Of a stretch of 64,000 bases of DNA, positions 27,701-41,068 are shown in pieces (the stretch's first letter is position 1; every line of letters starts with the position of its first letter). Origin of the DNA: Amoebophrya sp. A120 (Eukaryota; Protista; Dinoflagellata); assembly GCA_905178155.1 (NCBI GenBank), contig CAJINV010000006.1, positions 1,964,230-2,028,229 of the forward strand, written 5' to 3'. The position numbers and the translations under genes are program-made. The notes under the pieces were generated by a model, which saw only the letters and a list, made by a program, of their open reading frames with translations, was not told where the DNA came from and made no database searches.

Positions 27701-30700
27701 CATGCTATGCATGACAAATTTGGGCACGTTTTGTGATGCGTTACTGCATCACAAATTCCGTTTTCGTTTCGTTTGTGGTTTCGGTCGGTTTAGCATCACA
27801 AATTCCGTTAACATTAACGCTTTTTCCTGTGACATGCTTGTGGAGATTAACAAGCACTTGGACGACGAAGAGCAGGAGTATCCTGTGAAATCAATGATAC
27901 CATCCTGTGAAGATCCTCCAACTTGTCATCCAAAACATGTAGTGAATTCTGTTTTTGTCATGTAAAAAGTGGATATCATCTTTCGGATGGTAAATTTTCA
28001 GGGAATCAGGAGTTTGCCCGGAATTTCGAAAACCGGCAACGGGTGCTGATGGAACGATTCGAGTACCTGGGGGAGCAGTACCTAGATGTTGATAATATTA
28101 ACTCTGGAACAAGAACAGGTAATACCTCACAAGTAAAATCGAACAACACGAATAAAGCAAAAGTCGAATGGCAAGAAACGATCCGGCAGACCGTATTGCA
28201 GAAAAACTCCATATTACACTACATTGCCACCTATCAAATGCAAACGTGTCTGGGTCCGGTAGAATGCGCTGGTTTGTCATGCACCTTTCGGATCAGGCCC
28301 CAAATGGTGTCTTATGCACGCGAAAGCATCGCAGGTTTTGCAGACCACGCCCCTTGATGCCTGTCCCGCATGAGAGACTGCTGACTTGCGAAGCAAGAAG
28401 TTGGCAGCTTTTGGTGCTCATGCAACGCAAATCTTTCTGTGTTCCAGAGTTTGCATCACAAGTTCTTGCAACTCTTCCAGATGACCCAGACATACTTGCA
28501 ATGCATACCACCGATCCGGAGGACTGGCTGGAAGCTTTTATCAACGGCGCGTCCTCTATTCTTCAGTACGTATCCTCTGCAAAAGTATCTGATACTCGTA
28601 TTGCAATCATGCATTACAAATCTTTTATCTTAAGGTGGATCTGCATTACAAATTTCCTGTCTCATGCGGAGGAAATTTGTAATGCGTTTATACGAGTACG
28701 ATACTGTTTTGCAGTTCATAGCACGCGGTCTACTTTGATTTTTTCAAGGAAAAGGCCTTCGATCCGCGACTGATGGAGCAGGCGAAGATGCAATTGGAAA
28801 AGTGCAAGGAACGGAAGGTAATCTATTTTGGGGAAAAATGTCCCCACCCCATAGTCAAGTTGGTAAATCTGCAGCACAAACCGCTAAGTTTTGGGAGTTG
28901 CGCATGACAAGTTTCCATCTGCAGTGTAGTGCTGGTTAGCAAGGGCAGCCGCATGAGAAAGCCATTTTGTAATCCTGTTTAGAGCATTACAAAGTCCAGA
29001 ACAGGACTGGAAGTTGTGCCTCTCATGGAGATGCGCATTACAAACGTGTTCTGTAAGTATACATCTGCATGACAAGATCGTGGGGACGTTTTTGCTGAAG
29101 ATATAATCGAGATTTTGAAAAAGAAGGAGTTCGAACTGAACCAGTTGGAACTGAAAACCGCGTATCAAATGCAAATCTGTCTGGGTCTGGAAAGTAGATG
29201 CGAACTTGTGATGCGAATTTCACATGACACAAAAATCTGTCATGCATGGAAGCCAAAAGTTGCACATTTCTGGCCACCGAAAGAAGGGCTTTGTCATGCG
29301 GATTACGCATTAAGAAACCTTCTAGAAACCTGTGATGCAGGGGCGTGCATGATAGCCCTTCTGGGTCATGCCAAAGCTGCATCACAAGCCTCTGCATCCT
29401 TCCAGATCCAGACATATTTGCAATCCATACCGCAAACTTGGCGGCGATGTTGAAGGGCGGTGGTGGAAGTAGTAGGAACAGCAGCAGTCAGGAGGTTTTT
29501 GCATCCACCACGACGAACAACCTGGACGCCACGACATCACTGATGCCGAAGACGATTTTGCAGATCGAGCAGATCAAGCAACACGCAGACAAGCAGATCA
29601 CCAGCCTGGAGAACGGCACCGATTTTTTCGTGAAGCTTTGCAAAGCCGAGTTTCAGCAGGACCAGAACTTGATCAATTTGAGTAGCACCGTCAACAAACC
29701 TTTACTGGCGAAATTGGCTCTGGATGGCTTCAAGTTTTACATGCTGCAGAACCACATTTACGCTTTATTACACTTAAAAATGCCCCCACCCCCAAGTTGC
29801 AAAAATTTATGATGCGAAGTTTCCAAATGAAAACTTTTTGCCATGCATGAAAGGAGTATGAATCTTTCTGATGCAGATTCTAGTCGTGTATCGCATCGCT
29901 TGCATGACAAGCGCCGCGCTTGCTGGGATCTTCTGCAATGCAAACTTTTTCTATTCACGATTGGAAATCTGTGATGTTGATAGATGCAAAAGGGCGAATG
30001 TTTCATTTGAAAAGGTTTGCAATACAAATGCTCCCAAGTTCGGTGGTGGGGGCATTTTTCATTGTAGTGCGCTTTCGTGTTCCAGATTTTTGATTCCCAA
30101 TTTGACAAATTTCTGGACATGCAGAAGAAAAGCGGGTTTGGACCATCAAGTACATCGTCTTCAACGATGGGTGGAGGTAATGCAACCGCTTACAAACCCA
30201 ACGCGCAGATCCTATCAATGAAAAAGCAGCAGATTCTGAACACCATCGATGATATCGTGAGAAAAAAGTGTTTCGCTGTAAGGATTTTGCCAGTTTTGCA
30301 TCACCAGTTCGTTACACATGACAAAGAAAACTTGCCATTCGAGGTTCCTAAAGGAAAACAGTGCTAAAAGCCCAATGTCTTGCATGTGTAGTGTGTTCTA
30401 TTCTATGCATCACAAGTTGACAGTGAGACAGTTTTTTCTTGCGATAGATGAAACCCTAGCAGTGTTCCCGCGGGAGCAACGGACTAAGGAGCTTTTGAAA
30501 TTGATTGTCGGCGAAGATGCGTTTCAAAAATACGAAGAAGCCAAACTGGTGGTATGCACTGCAAAAGTATAATCTTTGTACTAGTACTAGAAATCGCATC
30601 ACAAATTTATTGGTCAGCATTTGTACAAATGGAATTTCTAATGCGCATTTGCCTTAAGAGAGAGAGAGATTTGTAATGCATTGTTGCAATGTTGACTAAG

Positions 30701-33700
30701 TACGATACTTTTGCAAATCATGACTGGCGAATCGTTACGAATCCTGTGAGGAGATCGGGCAAGAGTTTGAAACAAAATCCTTGCAGGCCAATGAGCTATG
30801 CGTTGCAAAAGCATCGTACTAGTAGAAATCGCATCACAAATTCGGTCAGCATGACAATCGGATTCTGTCATGCTGTTTTTCCTTGGGATGGAGATTTGTA
30901 ATGCATGATTGCAATAATTACTGCGAGTGCGATGCTTTTGCACAGGATATGAGCACTACGTGAACGAAATCCTGGTGCAGGCTGTGGCTATGAACTGCAA
31001 AAGTATCGTATTCGTATAAATGCATTACAAATTAGCTCAGCATGAAAAATTTAATTTGTCAAGCTAATACTACATAGAAAACCAGATTTGTCATGCTGGT
31101 CTGGCATCTACACGAGTACGACACTTTTGCACAGGATAGTGGCCGACTTCCAGCAAACGGTGTTGGAAAAGTTAAGCTACTTCAAAGAGTTTTACTATGC
31201 ATTGCAACTATCCCTGGACCACGTCTGGAACAAGAGTGGGAACAACTTGTAATGCGTGTTGCGGGTCACACAAAAATCTGTCTTGCCTAAAAACTCGCAA
31301 AAGATCATCCCTACTTCTGACCATGCTGAGAGGTGGTGGAGATTTGTTTCTCATGCGGGATAGGCATTAGTTGCACCAAGGGGCTGCAGAACTTGTGATG
31401 CTAAGATCTGCGTTGCAGACTTTGTGGAGCTTGGAAAAATTGCATCACAAATCTCGCAATCAGCCAGACATCGAGGGTGGATATTTGCATTTGATATCTA
31501 CTTTGAGCTCACGAAGTCCTTGAAAATCATCGCGGATAACATATCAAAAGGAAAAATTCCCCCTCCCCATACCCAAAGGGAAATTTGTGATGCTAGATTT
31601 GAGTAGACAAATCAGATTTGTCTTGCTGGAGAGGACTGCATGCCAATTTCAAGCCTGAGGGGGACAGGCTTTGGCATAGGCGCTCGGCATGACAAAAGTC
31701 CATGCTGTGGGCCCTGCCGCATCTCAAACCGCAGGCATAATGCGGGGGGCCTTCTGGGTTTGCCTTCTTGCAAGACAGACACGATTTGTGACCACAAATC
31801 AGCATCAAAGTGACGCCCTTTCTGTATGGGGAGGGGGGTTTTTCCTTACGATGTAACACGACAACAACTCCAGGCTCAGGCAGCGCGACACACCAGACCA
31901 CGGATAGCAGTGGCGGAAAGCTGAAAAGTGCCTCTACTGCGGCCACTGCGGTGGAAGACCACGGAGAGATCGACTTAGAAACCACTCTTCGGACCCGAGC
32001 GGCAGAATCCGCTCAGACGGCGGCTATCCTGGTGTGCAAAAGTATCGTACTCGTATAAATGCTGGTCTTCCATTACAAACATTTTTCTCAAGGTAAATCA
32101 GCATGACATCATGCGGAGAAAATTTGTGATGCATTTATTTGAGTACGATACTTTTGCAGTTCATAGCGGCTTTCGAGGTGAAGTTCTTTGATGTGGCATC
32201 GACTTTCAACACAAGCGGGTTGATGATCGGAAACAACGAAACGATCAATGCCAACACGATCAAAGAACTACTCGCAAGGCGGGAACAGGACCCGAGCTTC
32301 AACTACTCGAAACAGCAATTGGATATGGATTGCAAAAATGTCTGGGTCTAGAAGGATGCAAGGTTTGTCATGCAGATTTTCCATGACCCATGAGCTTTGG
32401 AAAGCGAGACCCAGCATGACAGATTCTCTGGAGTCTCTCTCATGCCTTTCCTGCATGAGGAACTCCCTCTCAACTTGGTCAAAAGCGGACAGCTTTTGGC
32501 ACTCACGCAACATAGATTTTTGCATCATTCAGATTTAGCATGACGAGTTTTAACCTTCCAGACCCAGACATATTTGCATTTGATACTGGAAAAAGAAAAA
32601 CAAAAAGCCGAGCAAATCGCGGCTCAAATCCCAAAAATGTTCCGAGAACTACTCAAGCCGCTGTTCTATCCAGAGGAAATCTTGCAACAGGAAAGCAGGA
32701 ACTACACCAACAAGGGAACAACAGGGGGAGCAACATCCGCGGCGCATTTCATGAACCACCCGGAACAGGTACTGGAGGAGTGGTTCCGCGTGAGCCAGTA
32801 TCCTGTGAAAAAGTATCGTACTCGTATAATTGCAATCATGCATTACAAATCTTGTTCTTAATGTAAATCAGGATTACAAATTTTTTTTCTCATGCTGAGG
32901 AAATTTCTGATGCATTTATACGAGTGCGATACTTTTTCAGAGCATAGCCAGCTTGGCGAATTTCACTTCTCGTTTCACCATCTGAATCACTACTCCAGCA
33001 GCGCTAATTTCCGGTTCTGGGCGAATCTGACGACGAACAGCACCATTCCCGTCAGTTACGCGCTCGACCTGCTAACTCAGCAGTGTGCGAGTCTAGCAGT
33101 GGTTCTGGAGCAGGGAATAACGGCGGGGGTGGCGCAGGAGGACGAGACAGGGGCGGGAGAGATTAACGTACTGGAATCTTCATCAGAAGGGGTTCAAAGT
33201 AGTTCCGTGCACGAGAACTTCCACTATGCCTGTTATGCAATGCAAAATCATCGTACTGCTCGTATAAATGCAATTTTTACATTACAAATCTTGTTCCCAA
33301 GCTAAATCTGCATCACAAATTTCATTTCTCATGCTGAGGAAATTTGTATTGCAATTTCCACTACTACGATACTTTTGCAATGCATACCTCTCAGCAGTTG
33401 TTGAAAAGGTTGAAAGAGGAAAAAAGCGCACTGCAATCCTCGAAAAGCTACGACCTGTCAGTTGAAATGCCCGAGGCACATGCCATGCTGTGCGCACCTG
33501 CTGCATTATCAGTAGCCTCAACGACTATGTTGAACAATGGAGCTGCTGCTGCACCAGTCGGAGTAAAAACATCTTCACAGGACGTTCTAGTTGACAACTA
33601 CAAAAAAGACGCCTTCGCCGCCACCGTCGCAGCGCTCAGTGGGTCATCGGCAAACAACATTCTGAACCAGGAGGCGCGAGTTGCGCAACTAATCTCTGAA

Positions 33701-36700
33701 GCCAGAAAGGGAATGAGCGGTGCTGGACTAGTATTTTCGACGTCAGGTGCGATGACGCGGGAACATAAAACAGAAGGCGGTACCCCCGTTAGCAGCAGCA
33801 GTCACCTTGACGTCGACCCCCAGCAAGAAATGAATCTAGCTGCCAGAATTGAGCAAGCGGAGCAGATGATAGAGCGGTACTGGGAGAAGCACAAATCCGG
33901 AATTTCGGTTCTGAAGGAGTGGAAACAGCAGCGTGTGACGCAGATGCAGCAGCAACTGGAGAAGTTCCGAGCGGAAAAAATGGTTTCCTTCGTGGAGGAA
34001 AAGAACTTTGAAAAAATCAGCAAGGTGTTTTCTTTCGAGAAGAAGCGGGGCAACAGCCAGGCGCCGAAATTGTTTTTTGCGAAATTATTGGCCGCACTGA
34101 AGCAAAAAGAAAATCAGAAGCAAGGAACGTCTAACGGTAGGCAGAAAACTAGTACATCGTCTACTACTAGTGCTCCTGCAGCAGGAGGAGAGCCCGTGCC
34201 CGACCCGCCGCCGAGCCCTTCTAAGTCCAAGAAGAAAAAGAAGCACCCGTTTGAAACAGACAACGAGCCGACGCAGCAGATGGCGTTTGCCGTATGGATT
34301 GCAAATATGTTACTAAGTGGAAGTTTCTAGGAATTGGGAAAATTCGAAAAAATTCCCACCCCTTCGAATTTTCTTCCGGCTGCAGCAGCTCTCCCTCGCG
34401 GTGTTCGGCTTGCGTGGCGCGCCTACGTTTGTTTGCTGTCTTTGAAAATGGAAACAACAAAGGCCTGCTTCAGACCTCAGACATATCGCCACGCAGTGAA
34501 ATCATCACTGCAGGCAGGTACTTTTTCAGGCCCCACTAACCTCGAGCGCATGCATGTTATCAGCGGAGGCTCCGCACACACACAAAAGCGCTCTGCATTT
34601 GAATAAGCAGCAGCGTCCTCTGCGGGGGCATCACAGTCAAAGCACTGCTTTAAGGCCACAGGTCGTCGAGGTATCTGGGCTCACTCTACCGACCACCAGC
34701 CCGCCGAAAATCTGCGGGCTGAGGTTGCCAAACTGGTGCTGCAACTCTGGGAGGGGCCAATGGGGTCGGGCGCGTGGCCTACCCGGCGCGAGGAGGCGCG
34801 GAAACATTTGGCCGGGAAGGCGAACGACTACCTCGGCGCCTTTAAGTACCCCGACAAGCTGGGGGCGGGGTGCCCCAATAAAGACCTCGCCCTAGGGTTT
34901 CGCTCCGATACTATTTTTGCTGTGTTCTTTCTATGATTCAAATAGAGAATGGCGGTTTCCGGTGGTGATTCAATTTCTTGGGAAAATGCCGAAGAGGGGG
35001 GGTCGCGGGGGGGTCGGATTGGGCCTCGGGAGGGTACCCAAGAAAGGGGGCCAAAACCGGCACCATAGCATGGCGATTCAATTTCTTGGGAAAAGGGCGA
35101 AGAGAGGGGTCGGAAGCCCAGGGGGGGCGCCGGGGAGGCCACGACTTTCCCAAGAAATTGAATCGCCACGCTATGGTGCCGGTTTTGAACCTGTTCTGAG
35201 GCGATTTCGGGGCTTGGCATGTTTTTACATTTCCCCGAGCCCCCTTTTTTGGCTTGCATTTTTGCCCGCATGGCGCGCACGAGGCGAGGCGAAAAGCGCC
35301 ACCATACCATCGCGATTCAATTTCTTAGGAAAATTGCGAAGTGGCGCAATTCAGCATCTTGGGGTCACTCACCTGCCCCAGCAGTCTGCTCCGTGTCCAG
35401 GTGCCCTATCTGTGTGGGGGTTGTGCGGCGAGCTGTTGGGCGGTACAATAAGCCCAAATACCGCAAAGGCCAGCAACTTCAGAGTGCGTCTTTGACTTCG
35501 ATGCGCCCGTAGGAGTCGCTGCGCTTTTATGAATTGGGAACGATTTGTGTGTGTGTGTGCGGAGCCTCCGGCGATGGCAGGTTCGCGATCGAGGTAAGTG
35601 CGGCCCGGGAAGTACCGTCTTGCTTTGATGATTTTGGGGGTTGGTGACGTGTGCGAAAGTCTGTGACAGTCTTCTCCTCTTTCCATTTCGAAACACACCA
35701 AACAAATGCTGGCGCGCCACGCCAGCTAAACACCGCTACGAGGAGCAGCCGCAGCCGGGGGAGGGTTCGCAGGGAGGCCAATTTTTTCAAATTTTCCCAA
35801 TTCCTAGAAACTTCCACTTAGTATATGTCTGGGGCTGGAAGAATACAAACTTGTGATGCGCATTTCAGAACACAGAAAAATCTCTCATGCATAGGCAGCA
35901 AAAGCTGCCCACTTTGTGTTATCAAAATGGGGCATTTGTCATGCGGATCCGGCATTGCGGAAGCTTCTAGAGACCTGTGATGCTAGAGCTTCCATGCCAG
36001 ACCTTCTGTGTCATGCAAAAACAGCATGACTCTTCCAGACCCAGACATATGTGCGATCCATGTGCCGTTATTGCGTACAAAAACTGCTCGAACCTGTTGC
36101 AGTTGATCAAGGAGCTGCACTGCGAGGGTGTGGAATCGAATAGGAAAAATATCCCAAATGAAAACTACTTGCCCACCCCAGACTTGTCATGCGGATTTGC
36201 AATGGCAGAGACGCTTGTTGTAATGCGCATCCCCATGAGAGGCATTTATTTTTCGTCGTGATGTTTATGTTTTGGCATTTGTAATGCTGTAAACAGCATG
36301 AGGAAGTCGATTTGTGATGCGGCTTTATACCTCGCTCACCCGCACTACAAGACAAAGAAAAACTTGTCATGCGTGACTCCGAGACGAGCTTCTGGATTTG
36401 TGTTGCAGAGTTCATCCCAGCTTGAATATTATGGGGTGGAGAAAGCGTTTTTTCTCAGGATAAAAAAAGCGGTGCTCGAGCACGGGATCCGCATGTTTCT
36501 GGTGCAGATTGAAAAGGAGAAATTCACGGGGCAGATGAATCTGCAAATGAAGTCCAAAGTGCAGTCCAAGGGAAAGGCAGACGATCTGGAGAGGCTATGA
36601 TCCACAGCAAATTTATTTTAGTTATGTCTGTACGTGTACGCGTAAGTATAAAATGAAAAATCTTCCTCCACAAGCTGCCTACGCCGTGACTGCATGACAA

Positions 36701-39700
36701 AATAATTTCTGCTCAAAGTCACTCAGGTAAAGCGAGTCTCTCATCACTTGTTCAGGAGGTCGAATTCGAAAAAAAAAAATGACATGCAATATTTTTACAA
36801 GACAATGGCGTGCACGGCAATCGCAAAAATAAATTTGTAGTACTGCATAGAAGCTAGAAGAGTCATATGACGAGACGTTCGATAAGCAGGGCTTCATCGG
36901 AGGTGCAAGCAATGCGAGCGGAAAATCCGTGAAGCAACTATTGGAACAGGAACTGCAGCAGTTGATCGGCAAGCGAAAGCAGCAGCTAAAACAGCAGTTC
37001 AAGCACGATTTGGCGAAGAAAATTGAGGACCTGACCAATACGTTGGAGGACCAGGCGACGGCGGAGGAGTATGAAAGTGCACAACACCCCCTCCCCCTCG
37101 TTTGTCATGCAAAACCCCAAAGGCAGCTGCTGCCCTGTCGCACTCTCTGCATGCGAGATTCATCCGGAAGCTGCGGCCCAAACAGCACTTGACTAGGCGC
37201 ATGAATGTGTCATGCACGACAGGCTCCACGTGTGCTGGTGTTTGTCTTGCTGCTCCTGCCCTTCAAATGAGAGGGAGGGGGAGTTGTGCACTTTCACAGG
37301 GGGTTGCGGAGGTGCATGAAATTTTTGAAGCAGACGGAAAGCAAAGCCAAAAGGGTGAAGAAAATGGAGCTGGTCAAGCGAGTCTTATTTGGGAAGATGA
37401 ACAACTATGGCACACCGGCTGCTGCAAACACAACTACATCGTCTGGTAGTAGAACATTACCTGGTAAAATAAATGCAGACCGACCAGGAGCTCCTGCAGC
37501 CCATCAAAATCAACCGCAATCCGCGAGTACTACAACTAGTGGCTTCGTAATCCTCCATATCCACAGGAAATTTCCCGTACACGTACCAATGCGGTTTCTG
37601 CATGACAAAACTTTCGTTTATTCCTATTCAGCATGACAAGTGGCATGCTGCAAATTGATGAAATTTGTGATGCATTTTGTACATGTACAGGAAATTTGTA
37701 TTGCATACTCCACCAGCTGTACGTTGCGCGGGAATTGGCTTTCCTCACCTCTATCGGTTCGCCGTTTTGGTTTAGGTATGCGGAGGTTTTGGAAAAACAT
37801 CTTATCCCCATCGTCGAAAGGATCGACGCGCGGTTCAAAAGTATGGCGTTCTCATAGACGTCATTTTCTCAACTGTTACATGGATTTGTCATGCAAATAT
37901 AGCCATGAATATCTGATCTCGCTTACGATCTTTAAGCTGCTTCGCATGACAAGTTCGCGACTCGCTAGATAGCATGAGAATTATTATCTTCTACGCCAAA
38001 CCTGTAGTGCAAAAGGCGCAGTCTTCCCCTTTTCAATTTTGCCACTCTTGCATTACACATGCACGTAACAGTTGACGAGAATGTAACACTTGAGAACTCC
38101 ATAAAAAGATTGGAAAAGGAACTGAACGCAATCGAGGAGGCGAAGGGCGAGCTCTCGTATGAAATGTAAAAATGTCTGGGTCTGGAAGATTCCAGGATTT
38201 GCCATGCATGTTTTGCATGACCCAGGATGTCTGTAATGCACGACCGCGCGTCACAGATTTTGAGAGGGCTTCCTGATGCCAACTCCGCATGACAAACGCC
38301 CTCCCCGCGTAGCACAAACTAGACTCCTCTTGCTGGTCATGCAATACAGATTTTTCTAGAGTCCAAAGTTAGCGTCACAAGTTCCAATCTTCCAGACCCA
38401 GACACTTTTGCATTTGATATCTCGGCCGGTGCTGCTACTGGCGGCGGCTCAGCTGCTGGGAGAGCGAAAGGCAAGGGGGCGCAGTTGATGCGGGAACTTT
38501 CCTATCCAGTGCAAGCATGTCTGGGTCTCTGGTGGAAGAATCGCTGAGTTTATCTATCATGCTAGTCTTGCATGATGACTCTGAAGTCTGTATTGCATGG
38601 GCACAGTAGACTAGACAGAGCTCCTCTCGGTTGTTATGCAAAAACGCGGCTTCTCCTGCGGAACACCAAAGCGCAACACAGAACCGCGAAAAAACTTGTC
38701 ATGGTGGGAGACGCATTACAGTTACAGTTTGAGTTTGCGCAATATTAGCCACTAGTAACCTGCATCAGAACTTTCCAGACCCAGACGTGTTTGCTGTTGA
38801 CATAGCCTTGGAAGAGGAGGACGACGAGAACGAAGTCGACAGCAACGGGAACTACAGACCTCGTACTAGTACCTCTGGAGCCGAGCCCGCGGGACTGCCG
38901 GGGAAGATGAAGCGAAAGTCTTTGTCTCTGATCAAGGAATATCAAATGCAAGTGTGTCTGGGTCTGGAGACTTGTGATGCTGGCCGGCGAATCATGAAGA
39001 CGCCACACATGACGGCTCAGCATGACAAGTTTCTGAGTTCTTGCAAGGTGTTGTCTATTCAGCATGACAAAGTGCGTTTTTGCATGGCAGAACATTGGGG
39101 CTTTTGGGTACTAACGCGCATGATAGATTTGGGAGTCATGCTAGCGGAGCAACACAAACTTGCACTCTTCCAGAGGACCCAGACATATTGGCAATGCATA
39201 AGGAAGAGGGCGAGGAAGTGGACTTCGATATTGAAGAGCCGGCCGCTACGGGAGTGTCAGGATTTTTGAAATCGTCAAAGTTGAAATGGTTTGTCATGCA
39301 TAAAATGCAGCCCACAGAGTGCCTGTCTTGCAGAGTAGGCAAGTGAGGCAGATTGTAAGCCTGTTGAGGGTCCTAAAAACTGAGCTGCTAAAGTAGCATG
39401 ACAAAAGGCGGCTTCCTTAATACCCAAACAGCATGACAAACTGGATTTCGGTTCTACCCAATAAATTTGTCATGCACCACTTCCACTTAAAAACTGGTTT
39501 ACAACTTTCATCCATTTTATGCATTTTTATTACGAGTCATTTCATGTTTGTCGATTTCAATCCTGAGACATCCATAGACGCGGATGGCAATTTCGAAATC
39601 GCTGCAGGGGGCGGCGTATGAACTGCAAAAGCATCGTACTAGTATGAATTGCAATACAAATTTCCTCAGCATTAGAAATGGAATTTGTAATGCGGTTTTA

Positions 39701-39873
39701 CCTTGATAGAACGAGTTGTAATGCAAGCCTTGCATTTATACGAGTAACGAGTACGATACTTTTGCACAGGATACGGCGGTGGACGGGCGGCTTTTCTAGC
39801 AAAGCATCTGCAAAACACACTCAAATTGCAGCAGTGCCTGGAAAATGCGAGCAGTTCTTCGGCAGGAGGCTAG
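15773..39873 (+). CDS. Very large multi-exon protein with N-terminal MGCGAS acylation motif, WW domain and coiled-coil regions
   Basis: ATG GGT TGT GGC GCG TCA at 15773. The WW domain LPKHWVEKISTQYGV-SYFYNTQTGETTWHRP forms only after removing 19889-20163. Frame traced through 47 TAT...ATA-type elements (starts: 15856, 16195, 16891, 17497, 17749, 18359, 18939, 19218, 19535, 19889, 20235, 21467, 22227, 22921, 23333, 26701, 26867, 27059, 27355, 27618, 27879, 28232, 28571, 28824, 29163, 29766, 30253, 30553, 30797, 30989, 31196, 31542, 32025, 32324, 32799, 33234, 34293, 36150, 36596, 37070, 37558, 37842, 38158, 38503, 38940, 39247, 39617) plus one putative GT-AG intron at 23709-26539. Stop TAG at 39871-39873. 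Confidence 0.75.
17749..18055. mobile_element. Introner-like element, TATGG..GTCAGG family (~300-330 bp)
   Basis: TSD CGCCA/CGCCA. Relatives at 39247, 42266, 51701, 55655, 58071 and 63271. Confidence 0.9.
18939..19174. mobile_element. Introner-like element, TATGG..TCTCAA/TCTCAACTG family
   Basis: TSD ACCAG/ACCAG. Relatives at 21467, 37842, 44686 and 51349. Confidence 0.88.
19889..20163. mobile_element. Introner-like element splitting the WW domain
   Basis: TSD TGTGA/TGTGA. Removal restores the WW consensus. Confidence 0.92.
20235..20443. mobile_element. Introner-like element, TATCSCA.GAAAAAA family
   Basis: TSD ATCTA/ATCTA. Near-identical body at 27059-27267; relatives at 23333, 30253, 44393, 56452 and 60530. 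Confidence 0.9.
23675..26543 (+). repeat. Four copies of the 29-bp exon sequence TCGTCAATCTCCGCTCCAACTCCAGCGGC separated by three unrelated 0.65-1.15 kb inserts
   Basis: Copies at 23675-23703, 24644-24692 (internally expanded, 3' truncated), 25341-25369 and 26515-26543. Confidence 0.9.
25705..26070. repeat. Dispersed direct/inverted repeat GGTATTCTTGAGATTTTAGATGCACCTGA
   Basis: Copies near 25708, 25811, 25945 and 26050 (truncated), plus an inverted partial copy near 25995. Confidence 0.8.
26867..27023. mobile_element. Introner-like element, TATGCAATACAAATTTCC family
   Basis: TSD TGCTG/TGCTG. Opposite-orientation relative at 37558-37707. Confidence 0.88.
29766..30069. mobile_element. Introner-like element, AAAAATGCCCCCACC family
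   Basis: TSD CGCTT/CGCTT. Relative at 62251-62559. Confidence 0.85.
34311..35823. mobile_element. 1.5-kb palindromic TIR element nested in introner 34293-36062
   Basis: 34-bp perfect TIR TACTAAGTGGAAGTTTCTAGGAATTGGGAAAATT, longer imperfect arms, TSD TATGT/TATGT. Host element TSD TGCCG/TGCCG. Confidence 0.92.
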
Positions 39874-39939
39874 ACGGCTCTATTTCTTCTTCTTCTGTAC
39901 AACTTTAACGAGCGGAACAAAGAACGGAAAGTGTTGCCC

Positions 39940-40012
39940 TTTATCTTTATCTTTATCTTTATCTTTATCTTTATCTTTATCTTTATCTTTATCTTTATCT
40001 TTATCTTTATCT
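39940..40012. repeat. (TTTATC)n microsatellite
   Basis: About 12 tandem hexamers just downstream of the stop codon. Confidence 0.95.
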
Positions 40013-41068
40013 TGTTCTTTATTCTGTGAGCAGTTGGCGTTCGTGGCTTTAGCGATATTTGAATAAACGCAAAGTGATGAAACGATACAGCGCATTTTGT
40101 AGGTATTTCGATTGTAATTGTTCTTTCCTATTCGAAGCAACACGAGGCAAACAAGTCAAAAGGAAGTTTATAGCAATAATAAACCGGCTCTATAACTGCG
40201 GACTACAACCCCCAGCACGGAACAAGAACTTCCTGACTTTATTGTGCGAAGTAGAACGCCGAGCATTTATTTACCTAGAGCATTTGCATTAATATCGTCC
40301 CGCGGGAAGAAGTGGACCCCACGAGTCGTCGTGTGGAAGAACCTCCAGGCCGAAGATGTGGAATTGGATGCGCAGCAGATGGAAAAAAGATCGAGACAGT
40401 ACTGTCGTCTTTGTCTTGACAGGTGCTTTGGGTAGAAGTACTAGTAGTGGCTCGATCTACTTCTACTCGGGGCGAAACCCAAAGGCAAACCGTTTTGTGT
40501 TGTTCCGGCTGCTCCCTTTATTTCCGAAAAATCTGCTTGATGCATCAAGGGTACTTGCATCAAACTCTCAAGACACAAGATCTCAATATGACAAAGGAAG
40601 GAGTAGTAAGTTGAGGGCGAAGATGACCAGAGTCAACATAATTGTAGATCTCAACAACTGAAACAATCTAGGAATGGGATTTTTACGTACAAAAGCAAAT
40701 CTGTCTCAGACCCACCTCAACGCTCACTGAGAAAAGTCCAGTGTCTTGCATCTTCTCTACAAGGTGTCCTTGCGGATAAAGATCCTCTTCACTTGTCTCC
40801 AGTTTTTACAAGAACTCCAACTAGCTCAAGCACGACAACAAGAGTACTTTTACATTGGTATTCACATCGTCGTAAACGACACAGCATTTTTATCGAAATT
40901 CACCGTCGCTGCAGTCACATACATCAATCATTGCGTCCCCCTAACGATCCACTTCATTCGGCGTATATCATTTTGGAGAAGACAGGGACAGCATTACGTC
41001 CTTGTGGCTTCGGAGCTCATCAACATTGAACTTCGAGTTCAAACCTTAAAAGCACACAAAAAAAAAAA

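Noticed and set aside
39880-40143. Minus-strand (DK)n ORF
   Set aside because: Product of the TTTATC microsatellite.
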